Shown here in pieces: positions 31,631 through 40,447 of a stretch of DNA of 64,000 nt. Position 1 is the stretch's first letter, and each line of letters begins with the position of its first letter. Below the pieces are notes generated by a model. It searched no databases. It was not told the DNA's origin and was given only the letters and a program-made list of their open reading frames with translations. This DNA is from an uncultured virus (IMG/VR IMGVR_UViG_3300037088_000381) (taxonomy: Duplodnaviria; Heunggongvirae; Uroviricota; Caudoviricetes). The stretch lies in IMG/VR virus record IMGVR_UViG_3300037088_000381; one strand, 5' to 3'. A program made the position numbers and the translations under genes.

Positions 31631-32230
31631 ATGAGTGGAGACTTTTTAATAGCATGCTTCTGGGAAGAGATGGATGAACAACATCGGCCAGTAAAGAAAC
31701 CCGATTGGAAAAAAGGCCATGACAGTATAGATATACTCTGCGATGATATGGAAAAGAAAGGTGTGGTCGATCCAGACATCGAGCATCTCGGTGAAGACGG
31801 ATGTGGAGACCCAGAAGACATACCTGAGATTCGTAAGACTCTCCATAGGTATCTAAAGGAAGTAGAACACGGATACAACTCAAGTACCGATGACCTTGCT
31901 TACTTAGAGTTCCCTCCTTACCGAGTATGGATCACAGGAGGAACAGCTTATGGTAACAACCCAACGGAAATTTATCCTGCTATTGAGAATCTAAACCAAC
32001 TCACTGTCTTAGAAGAAGTAGGATTAAATCCTCCCCTGCTTGATTATAAAAACATCATCAACAAAATAGTTAAAGTTAAACCTCTTCAACCCCTACTCAT
32101 AGGGATTGATAATGAACTCGATTCCCTTCTTGAGAAGGAGCTTCGCAATGATACGGACATTCACAAAGGACAAGTTTGCACAAGTCGTGGCAGACAGACC
32201 CGCATCAATAAGACATCTAAAAAACTTTGA
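31631..32230 (+). CDS. Hypothetical protein with tag variant
   Basis: KPLQPLLIGIDNELDSLLEKELR. Confidence 0.7.
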   Translation: MSGDFLIACFWEEMDEQHRPVKKPDWKKGHDSIDILCDDMEKKGVVDPDIEHLGEDGCGDPEDIPEIRKTLHRYLKEVEHGYNSSTDDLAYLEFPPYRVWITGGTAYGNNPTEIYPAIENLNQLTVLEEVGLNPPLLDYKNIINKIVKVKPLQPLLIGIDNELDSLLEKELRNDTDIHKGQVCTSRGRQTRINKTSKKL

Positions 32231-33488
32231 CGATAACTTCATAGCCCGATGCCTTCATTTAAATTCTAAAGTCTACAATTTCATTGATAAAAAATTACTT
32301 ACCCTCACAGTCTTACAAGATCTTATTAACCGTATGTGTAACGAAAAGAATAAAAGATACGGGCATACTTACCCACTGGAACACTTCTCTCAATATATTA
32401 GAGACTCCCTTCCAGAAAAGTATGTACGTAAACTTTGTGTGGTACATCCACAGGCAGTAACACTTTTCTCAAAAGTATCTTATGACTTATATAAAGCCTA
32501 TGCTCTTGATCGAAACACTTACCTGGACTATAAAGACATACCAGAAGAACACAGGACAGAGGAACTACTTGCAGGTATGCTAAGTGAAAAGCCTCGGTTA
32601 GATATACCTGAAGAAGTTTTTACGGACAGCCTTGTAGATAAAATATTAAGCATGAACAGCAGCTGTTGTATCAATTTCGTTCCAGTAAACTTTATAACCC
32701 ACGACCGACTTGTCCAAGCCTTTACAAAACAACCTAAAATGGAACTGACTCGGAATGTACCTGTTGATGCTTGGTGTAAAAATCAAGTTCCCGATCTCGA
32801 CCTGATTAAGTTAGCGGCAACTAATGGATGTAATCTGGAATATATTCCTGAAGAATTTATCACAAGAGAAATGTGTCTTGAAGTAGTAAAAGAAATTGGC
32901 ACTCGAATAAAACTTGTGCCTAAAAAACTAAGGAGTAAAGAAATTGTATTAGAGGCTATGTGTTCTTGTAGCCTATCCAATATCAAAGAGTGTATACCAG
33001 TAAACATTTTAACTCGACCCTTCCTTATTGAACTGGCTAAAAGGGATGCAGTATCAAATGAATCTAAGACTCTTACTCGTGACTGGTGTTTCGGAATAAA
33101 GAACTATCAACTGGTTAAAACTATTGATACGGATGAATGGGTTGATGTGATTAATGTCTGCCCTTCTGCTATAATACTTATCGAAAAATTGCTTCAGTCC
33201 GATGCAATAATGAAAACGTTCTTTGAGAATGCTTCCATATCGGTAATCAATAAAGTAATTAACTTCCTTAACCTTGCAAAGATAAAGAAAGAATATATCC
33301 CCTACTGTATAGGGTCCGATGTAAAAGTCTTGCAAGATATTATGGAACGAAAAATGTCCTACACCCCTAAGAAAAGAAATGCGAAACCAGTAGCTCCTGC
33401 TCTGGAACTCATATCAGGTACTGATGTAGTTGGTGTTGATCTTACCGATGCTGAGTACCGAGACATCATTCACAAGTTTGGAGCATAA
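32148..33488 (+). CDS. DUF4116-like helical repeat protein
   Basis: Repeats such as LEYIPEEFITREMCLEVVK and IKLVPKKLRSKEIVLEAM; AAGGAG RBS before 32148. Confidence 0.7.
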   Translation: MIRTFTKDKFAQVVADRPASIRHLKNFDDNFIARCLHLNSKVYNFIDKKLLTLTVLQDLINRMCNEKNKRYGHTYPLEHFSQYIRDSLPEKYVRKLCVVHPQAVTLFSKVSYDLYKAYALDRNTYLDYKDIPEEHRTEELLAGMLSEKPRLDIPEEVFTDSLVDKILSMNSSCCINFVPVNFITHDRLVQAFTKQPKMELTRNVPVDAWCKNQVPDLDLIKLAATNGCNLEYIPEEFITREMCLEVVKEIGTRIKLVPKKLRSKEIVLEAMCSCSLSNIKECIPVNILTRPFLIELAKRDAVSNESKTLTRDWCFGIKNYQLVKTIDTDEWVDVINVCPSAIILIEKLLQSDAIMKTFFENASISVINKVINFLNLAKIKKEYIPYCIGSDVKVLQDIMERKMSYTPKKRNAKPVAPALELISGTDVVGVDLTDAEYRDIIHKFGA

Positions 33489-33731
33489 CTATGGATGACC
33501 TACAAGAACTCATTGGAGATTATCAAAAGGAACAAGCTTACATTCAAGCTGAGGAGGAAGCATGCCAAAGTATAGAGTCAATGTCTGCCGTATCGCCTTT
33601 AGTAATATGGACATCGAAGTCGAAGCCCATAACAAAGAAGAAGCGGAACACGTTGCAGAGAACGAAGCAGGGAGTCACTCATTCCCCAATGAGCACACCA
33701 GTGAATACCAAGTGCAAAGCGTAACACGACT

Positions 33732-34208
33732 ATGAGTGTATACTTAGAACTCTTTCACGGTAGAGATAGTCCCGATAAAGACTTAGACGATTGGGGATTT
33801 CAAGGGCCAGTTCTTGGCCCTTTCCCTTTTATACAAGTTACCTATGGCGAAATTAAACTTGGGGAAACTATAACTTGGCATGAGAAAGAAGCAACCAGTA
33901 ACCCTCATTATCTCGATCCCCTCTATATAAGTAAGGACGGCCTTGTTACCTATATAGGATCTTTTTACGGAGACTTCTCCATCTTCAGTAACCCTAACCC
34001 TGAACTAAAAAAACAAATTAAAGAAACTCAAAAGGTATTCAATACAGACCCAGCTCTTTTAATAACACATGAAAGAGAATGGGTAAAGCGTTACGCCGAA
34101 TGGAGGTTTAAAAATGAACATACCAATACCAACAAACCTGGGACTACTGGTCGGAGTAAAAGACGATCGAGCCTCCGTGATAGAAAGAATATTCAAAGGT
34201 CAAACTGA
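33732..34208 (+). CDS. Hypothetical protein
   Basis: YL.LFHGR.......DWG..GP..GP; YGDFS. Confidence 0.7.
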   Translation: MSVYLELFHGRDSPDKDLDDWGFQGPVLGPFPFIQVTYGEIKLGETITWHEKEATSNPHYLDPLYISKDGLVTYIGSFYGDFSIFSNPNPELKKQIKETQKVFNTDPALLITHEREWVKRYAEWRFKNEHTNTNKPGTTGRSKRRSSLRDRKNIQRSN

Positions 34209-34908
34209 TCTTGAAACAAACCTGCTTGACCTAAGCAAGCACTGGAAAATAAAGTTGTGGTTTGATAAGGTCATCCAGATAAGAACTATACCACACTGGA
34301 CCAAGCCACAGAAAACTGAGCATGGCACAACGAGAACCCGTATCAATTATAAGAATGCCCCCGAACATACGTTCTCCCGTTTCTTTAAATCAAACGGACA
34401 GTTGTGTTATGCCCCGAGTCGAGGGGCAAAGCATGGCTACCCTTTTGAATACTTAGAGTCTATAACTAAGTATGAACCTGTAATAGAGTCTGCTTCTGCC
34501 GAGTTTAAATCTTATAAGCAATTTGCTTCTAAGTTTGATCCTCGGTTCATTGATGAGCCTACAATCAAAGACCTATGGGATAGTAAGTCTTCCCAACATG
34601 GTGGGAAGTATATGCCCTCAGACTTCCACCGCATAGGGCCACAAGGAAAGAAAGTCCTTGCTGATTTTCTTAGACTCTTTAAAGGGCTAACAGTTGAAGG
34701 GGTATGTTACTTTGAATCAAGTGATAAAAAATATAAGTATCTATCACAACAGCATCAATCTCATAGCGGACAGGGACGAGATATAAAAGTCTCACACACC
34801 CTTGGCATTGGACACGTATCCTATGCCAGTGAATATCACGGATGTGGAAACGGAAGATACGGGTTGCTGGCTAATGAAAAAGAATTCCTTTGGCTCGAAG
34901 ATGATTAA
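34114..34908 (+). CDS. Hypothetical protein with N-terminal tag variant
   Basis: PTNLGLLVGVKDDRASVIERIFKG; GGAGG RBS. Confidence 0.7.
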   Translation: MNIPIPTNLGLLVGVKDDRASVIERIFKGQTDLETNLLDLSKHWKIKLWFDKVIQIRTIPHWTKPQKTEHGTTRTRINYKNAPEHTFSRFFKSNGQLCYAPSRGAKHGYPFEYLESITKYEPVIESASAEFKSYKQFASKFDPRFIDEPTIKDLWDSKSSQHGGKYMPSDFHRIGPQGKKVLADFLRLFKGLTVEGVCYFESSDKKYKYLSQQHQSHSGQGRDIKVSHTLGIGHVSYASEYHGCGNGRYGLLANEKEFLWLEDD

Positions 34909-34922
34909 CCGAAAGGTTTACA

Positions 34923-35486
34923 ATGTTACTGTATTACTATCCCAACAGACCTACATTGATTCCTCCCAATAAAGATTACATAAACAAACTCGAACAATCA
35001 GGTGAGTACATAGCAGAAAAGAAATGGAATGGAGATAACGTCCTCATCTATACAGACACTATGGAGTTCTGGAATAGAAGGAAGGAACGGCATCGCTTCA
35101 TACCTACCCCTGCCATGAGAGAAGAACTTAATAAGTGGCCGAAGCATTCAGTGCTCAATGCTGAACTGATGAACTATCGAACCAAGGATATTAAAAATAT
35201 CCTTATCGTTCATTGCATCATGGCATATAAAGGTAAGCCCCTCGTAGGAAAGACCTGGGGTGATTCCAGAAAGATTATCGAGCAACAACAATCAGGTCCC
35301 TGTGTCCAGGTCTCGCAAGTTAACCAGGCAGGGTTCTGGAACTTATTCGAGTCTGCCGATGGAGTAACGATTGAGGGAGTCGTTATTAAAAGACTTGCAG
35401 GTAAATTAATATTCTCTACTACACCAATCGATGATGTGTCGTGGATGTTTAAAGTAAGGAAACCTTGTAAGAAGTATTCCTTCTAG
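34923..35486 (+). CDS. Minimal ATP-dependent ligase-like nucleotidyltransferase (adenylation domain only)
   Basis: AEKKWNG motif I, LNAEL, EGVVIK, W.FKVR; no OB-fold. Confidence 0.75.
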   Translation: MLLYYYPNRPTLIPPNKDYINKLEQSGEYIAEKKWNGDNVLIYTDTMEFWNRRKERHRFIPTPAMREELNKWPKHSVLNAELMNYRTKDIKNILIVHCIMAYKGKPLVGKTWGDSRKIIEQQQSGPCVQVSQVNQAGFWNLFESADGVTIEGVVIKRLAGKLIFSTTPIDDVSWMFKVRKPCKKYSF

Positions 35487-35711
35487 GAGTTATAATGAAT
35501 GTTAACTGGAAACATATTGCTGATCGTATGATCGAGCAAGGTATAAACCCTAAAGACATTAAGGAAGGAAACTTTAATGGGTTTACCAATAACCTTGTTG
35601 ATGCTATGGAGAATCTTTATGGAATCGAAACCGCAGTCACTCAGGAGTTAAGAAGAAGAGATGACTTGGAAAAACTTAATCACGTACTAGAAAATAAATA
35701 AGGAGCACGTT

Positions 35712-35894
35712 ATGGGTATGACTTTGTTAGCCATTATATGTATTGCAGCTTTAATGTTTTATTTCCTTCCTTCATTGATCGGTAGGAAAAAGAAAAACGC
35801 CAATGCAATTTTCATCTTGAATCTTTTATTAGGATGGACATTCATTGGATGGGTAGTGGCTCTTGTATGGGCAGTCACGGTTGAAAAAGAATAA
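35712..35894 (+). CDS. imm: Superinfection immunity protein (T4 Imm-like)
   Basis: YFLPSLIG....NA.AIF.LNLLLGWT.IGWVVALVWA. Confidence 0.85.
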   Translation: MGMTLLAIICIAALMFYFLPSLIGRKKKNANAIFILNLLLGWTFIGWVVALVWAVTVEKE

Positions 35895-36191
35895 GGAGTT
35901 AACCATGAATATAAAAGGACAATTCGTTTCAGTATGGGAAGAAGGCGTTGTACAAACCCATTGTGAACTCGACCCTTCAACCGGAGAAGTCTTTCCAGAC
36001 TCCGTTGATACCGTTGACCTCGGAACTCTGGAACGAGAGTATTTCGAGACCAAGGACGGGGATGAACTTGAAGTATGCCCCACCTGTCATGGGTATATAC
36101 TTAAGACCGTAATGAACCCGGGTATCGGGCATGACCTTAACGAAGAAAATGAATGCTCTGATCCAGAATGCGAATCACATGAGGAGTAACC

Positions 36192-36818
36192 ATGAGTGAG
36201 CCAATAGGTATAACAATAGAGATTGGTGGGGATCTCCCTGCCAATCGTATTGAAGGGTTCTTAGAAGCACTTAGAAGTGAGTGCTACGATGTTGTAGGAC
36301 CATCAACAGAAAATGAATTACGAAACAAAACAGGTAGGAATCAAACAATAAAAATCAATGCCACGGCTAACTTCGGAAACTGTGACGACCTGATGATCTT
36401 CTGCCGTAAAAATAAACTCGGGTACATTCACCACTGTGAAGCTAAGTATGAATATGAGGCCGAGATTACTTACTGGGTTCCAGGAATGAAGAAGGCCAAG
36501 AGCCTGAGAGCTGACCAAGGAGGAACAGCACTTATTAATATCGAGTATGTCAAACCTGTTACCGATTTTCTTTTTAAATATCTTAATGAAGGTCCAACAG
36601 TATTCCCTCTTCACATTAATGAAGACTCTTTAAAATCAATAGCCGAAAAATGTTTAAAAGCCACAACACAAAAACAAATTCTTGGAGTCTTTGAAAGGAA
36701 GTTCAATGAACTCCTTCCAGGGAGACCCAGACTCGACCCCTTTAATATTGTGGAGGAATCAAATGTTAACTCCAGAACAATATCGAAAAGCAAAAGCGGA
36801 ATCAAAAAGAGCACATAA
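36192..36818 (+). CDS. Hypothetical protein with tag variant
   Basis: VFPLHINEDSLKSIAEKCLK. Confidence 0.7.
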   Translation: MSEPIGITIEIGGDLPANRIEGFLEALRSECYDVVGPSTENELRNKTGRNQTIKINATANFGNCDDLMIFCRKNKLGYIHHCEAKYEYEAEITYWVPGMKKAKSLRADQGGTALINIEYVKPVTDFLFKYLNEGPTVFPLHINEDSLKSIAEKCLKATTQKQILGVFERKFNELLPGRPRLDPFNIVEESNVNSRTISKSKSGIKKST

Positions 36819-37641
36819 AGAAATTGATTTAAAAGATAGTAAAAAGGATAAAGATATTTCCACAATCCAGTATGATGTCTACAGACCAAAAATACATGAG
36901 CTGGAAAGATTACGTGATGAGGAAGTTGAAAAAGTAAAAAAGAATTTCTCCGAATTTAAAACAAAGCGTGAGCAGGAAAACCAACCTAACATAGAAATAA
37001 TAACGGCAACGAAAAGGATCATGAGTCTATTTGAAATTATTATCCATACTCCTGATCTTGCTCTTGAAGTTTATACTTACTCAGACCGTGATGATAATGG
37101 AAACTATTTAAGAGGAAACAGACGACAGATTCACTACACCTCAATCGATACCATCGCCCAAGACCAGTACAAAAACATTCAAGTTTATATCGTACCAAAT
37201 AAAAAGCCTATAAACAAATTCTCACTTACGATAAGGGGTAACAGTTTATTTGCCAAAGTGCTAAATGATGAAAGAAGAAATGGTTATATAAACGGTCTCA
37301 ATGGAAGGTCTGACCTATCAATTGTTTTAAAAGAAGGACCTAGAGCTGAGGACTTAAAAAATTATTATGAAAAGCGTAAGGAAAATACACTATTAGATTT
37401 CCTTGCCACCCATACCAAGGTAGAGTCTGAGTACGAAGAGGCCAAGAAACTTTTCAAGGCTCTCGAATGGAAGCTCCTTTATATAGAGCATCTAATCGAA
37501 AACCATTCTGATAACGCTGATTTTAAAAAGCTTCATAAAATACTTTCAACCAATCCTCGAAACCTTCCCCTTCTTACCGGGCAATTAGAATCTGACACAG
37601 GAAAGGATTTACTTGAATACTTTTTCAAGGAGCAACATTAA
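36763..37641 (+). CDS. Hypothetical protein with C-terminal LPLL tag
   Basis: GGAGG RBS before 36763; ends PRNLPLLTGQLESDTGKDLLEYFFKEQH. Confidence 0.7.
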   Translation: MLTPEQYRKAKAESKRAHKEIDLKDSKKDKDISTIQYDVYRPKIHELERLRDEEVEKVKKNFSEFKTKREQENQPNIEIITATKRIMSLFEIIIHTPDLALEVYTYSDRDDNGNYLRGNRRQIHYTSIDTIAQDQYKNIQVYIVPNKKPINKFSLTIRGNSLFAKVLNDERRNGYINGLNGRSDLSIVLKEGPRAEDLKNYYEKRKENTLLDFLATHTKVESEYEEAKKLFKALEWKLLYIEHLIENHSDNADFKKLHKILSTNPRNLPLLTGQLESDTGKDLLEYFFKEQH

Positions 37642-37932
37642 ATGGGTAGTGATCAATTTATTATAGCATCCAAAGGTAAGACTGCTCAAGAAGCTTTTGT
37701 TAATGCAATACAGGATGCACAATATAAAAACGGCCATAACGGGTACACAGGAACGATAGCTGAGAAGAGTTCCTTTATAGAGTTTCCTTTTCCAAACGAT
37801 AAGCCTTTAAGAAAGTACATCGATGAGTTAATGGCAAATGAAATTGAAGACAAGTGGGGGCCAGCAGGATGTATAGCATTCAAGCCTGGTCACCCTGATG
37901 AGTTTATCTTTTTCGGTTGGGCATCCTGTTAA
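37642..37932 (+). CDS. Hypothetical phage protein
   Basis: GH.GYTGTIAEK...DKWGPAGCI...FFGWAS. Confidence 0.7.
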   Translation: MGSDQFIIASKGKTAQEAFVNAIQDAQYKNGHNGYTGTIAEKSSFIEFPFPNDKPLRKYIDELMANEIEDKWGPAGCIAFKPGHPDEFIFFGWASC

Positions 37933-38179
37933 GGAGTAACAATGAAAAGTAAATTAATATTAAAAGGTAAGCAGTACACGGACGGTAAGGGAAGCATTCG
38001 GGAAGTCCTTGATGTTGGTCCTCAGTATGTCTTATACCAAGGCCAAGCCGAGACGGATAACCTACAGTACAAGCTCTTAGTAAAGAAACGTGGCCCTTTA
38101 ACTGTCGGCCATTGTTATAACTCTACCAGGTCTTCTTTCGCGGCCTGGGCAAAGTCGGAGATAGTAAAGGAGTAATACT

Positions 38180-38767
38180 ATGGGTGAGTGTGCTTATTAT
38201 TTCAAAGCAGAGTTCCCTACAAAGAAGGAAGCTCTGGCAGCATCAAAGAAACTTAATAAATTCTTTCTACAAGCAAGGCATGCCTATGACTACTGGCAGA
38301 ATCCGCTTGCGTTGCTGAAAGATCAACGCTTTCCGATTGCCCAGTTAGACAATAAACTTTTCTGGAATACCTTTCAAGAAAGGTACCCTCTTGTTACGGA
38401 GTATGTAAAGCACGAACAGTTATTTGGACGTGATCCAGGTGTGCTCAGTAGGAAGTTAGACTTCGGACAAACCTCAGATAACGAAACTATTCTAATTGGA
38501 GACACTGTTGGATGGTGTGACTCCAGTGTAGGTCACATGAGTGATTGGTCCCCACTGTGTGCCTTTGTAAAAGAAGTGTATGGTGCAGTCAGAGCAGTCT
38601 ACGGGAATGAAGAAGACGGCTGTGCAAGCTTAGAGTCTTTAAATCTTTATGAGTGGGAAGACATTGTTAAAGCAATCCTTAAACAGAAAAAAGTTCTCCC
38701 ACTTCTCCTTCACGTTAATAATGATCTGGATGAACTTATAGAAAGAACAATGAGGAATAACAAATGA
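38180..38767 (+). CDS. Hypothetical protein with C-terminal LPLL tag
   Basis: KVLPLLLHVNNDLDELIERTMR. Confidence 0.7.
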   Translation: MGECAYYFKAEFPTKKEALAASKKLNKFFLQARHAYDYWQNPLALLKDQRFPIAQLDNKLFWNTFQERYPLVTEYVKHEQLFGRDPGVLSRKLDFGQTSDNETILIGDTVGWCDSSVGHMSDWSPLCAFVKEVYGAVRAVYGNEEDGCASLESLNLYEWEDIVKAILKQKKVLPLLLHVNNDLDELIERTMRNNK

Positions 38768-39653
38768 AAATAGTTTTAGCAAGACCCTTTGATGATAACG
38801 ACATCGTAGAAGTATATGTTGTCGAACATAAAACAAAGCTTAACGACTTCCATCTTGAATGGGACAAGGCAAAGACCGCAGTAATTAAAAAGGACCCAGA
38901 GACCTGGAACATTAATCAGGTTATCAAGCTTATGGAGAAGCATGGATGGCAAATACTTCACGTCGATGATGTTGAAACTGTCCTCTACTAAGGAGCCACG
39001 ATGAATATAAGAAAAGTTGATACAGCAAAGTTACTTCAAGAAATTACCGACACGATGTGCCACTGGGAAGGTGAAGACATTGCCGAAAAAGCCCAAGAGG
39101 TACTCGGTCATCCAGTAGAATATCTCGGTGATGATATATATGAAGTCAAGGAGGACTAATGAAAGAAGACCTTGAACAGATGAAGCGCCCACCATGAAGG
39201 AGCTGAGGAAGTTATCAACTCCATTACCGAAGTTCTTAGACGAGCAAGTCCCCAAACAATTGAAGAGGTAGCCAAGGTTGCCGGCCTTAACGGCATCAAG
39301 TATGCAGGTGGACTTATGTTTGAAGTGGAGGAATTTTAAATGGAAAACAAACCAGATGGTTACTTTCAAAAAAAGAAAGACACCATTAAAGAAAGAATTG
39401 CAGAGCTTATAAGTCATGGCATGGACTCGTATGATATTGATAAAGACATATCTCCCTGCACAACTAAAACATTAGTAAGTATAATAACAGACTACATGGA
39501 AGCTGATCTGGAAAGTCATTGGAAGGAAGCCAATGGCCTCTTGGAAAAAGTTGCCAACAGTTATGAAGATACAGGATGTGATGATTGTGGCACCGTATCG
39601 AAAGAAGTTATCAATGAGATCCGATTGTTTCTCGGGTGGAAGGAAGTTTAAAC

Positions 39654-40160
39654 ATGCCCAGAATAAAATTCCGAGAAGGCTCCTCTCGATCTACAGGATA
39701 CTTCTACTGTCCTAAGTGTAAGAGAGAGTGGAGTGCCATGCTGTCCGAACCTGAAGTACCAGAAGAATGTCCCGATTGCAAATCAACAAAAGGAAACATT
39801 ATGAAAAAAGTAACCCCTCAAGCATATAACATTGGCAAGAACCCCTACGTCTTTAAATGCTTAGACATATCAATGGGGCACATAACCAAAAAGGATGCCG
39901 AGCTTCTTATAATAGATGACTCACATCCTGTTGCCCACGAAAAGTACCATAACAATCCCGTGGTCTCCTACGAATTTGAATACGGCTTCTTTGTTTTCGT
40001 CCCTGAAAATGATGAGGGCTATTCCAAAGACGCTCTCAAGTTCGGATACTCCAAAGCATTCGTAGAGGTCATGGACAAGGCCAGGAAACTTAAATGCAAG
40101 TTCATCCAGTTTGATGGTGACGGCATTGAGTATGATGACCTTCCAACCTTTAAATGGTAG
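39654..40160 (+). CDS. Zn-ribbon plus DUF5983-like protein
   Basis: LDIS.GHIT..D...YGFFV...AR...C....FD.DG....LP.F.W. Confidence 0.55.
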   Translation: MPRIKFREGSSRSTGYFYCPKCKREWSAMLSEPEVPEECPDCKSTKGNIMKKVTPQAYNIGKNPYVFKCLDISMGHITKKDAELLIIDDSHPVAHEKYHNNPVVSYEFEYGFFVFVPENDEGYSKDALKFGYSKAFVEVMDKARKLKCKFIQFDGDGIEYDDLPTFKW

Positions 40161-40187
40161 GTATCTTTAAAAAATAGTGTGCATTAC

Positions 40188-40216
40188 TTGAAAAACATAG
40201 TATAATACTGTAACAT
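40188..40216 (+). promoter_or_regulatory. Candidate sigma70-type promoter upstream of the cas operon
   Basis: TTGAAA-17bp-TAACAT, with a TATAAT at 40201 inside it. Confidence 0.45.
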
Positions 40217-40236
40217 GGTATAAGCATGGAGACAAA

Positions 40237-40434
40237 ATGAATTTCAAATTTTCACAAGATGAACTTAAGAACACAGGAAGCGGAGGCCTTGAGATTAAAA
40301 TCGAAGGCCTCACAGGAGATCCCACGGATCAATCCCCAGGCACCAGTGTGTTCATTGAGAACTATGAAGGAAAAATCCTTTGCCATGTTTGGACTGACGG
40401 CAAACAAGACTGTCAGTCCATAACACTAACTTAA
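40237..40434 (+). CDS. Small hypothetical protein preceding the cas genes
   Basis: GGAG RBS, 65 aa. Confidence 0.65.
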   Translation: MNFKFSQDELKNTGSGGLEIKIEGLTGDPTDQSPGTSVFIENYEGKILCHVWTDGKQDCQSITLT

Positions 40435-40447
40435 AAGAAAGGAGCTT

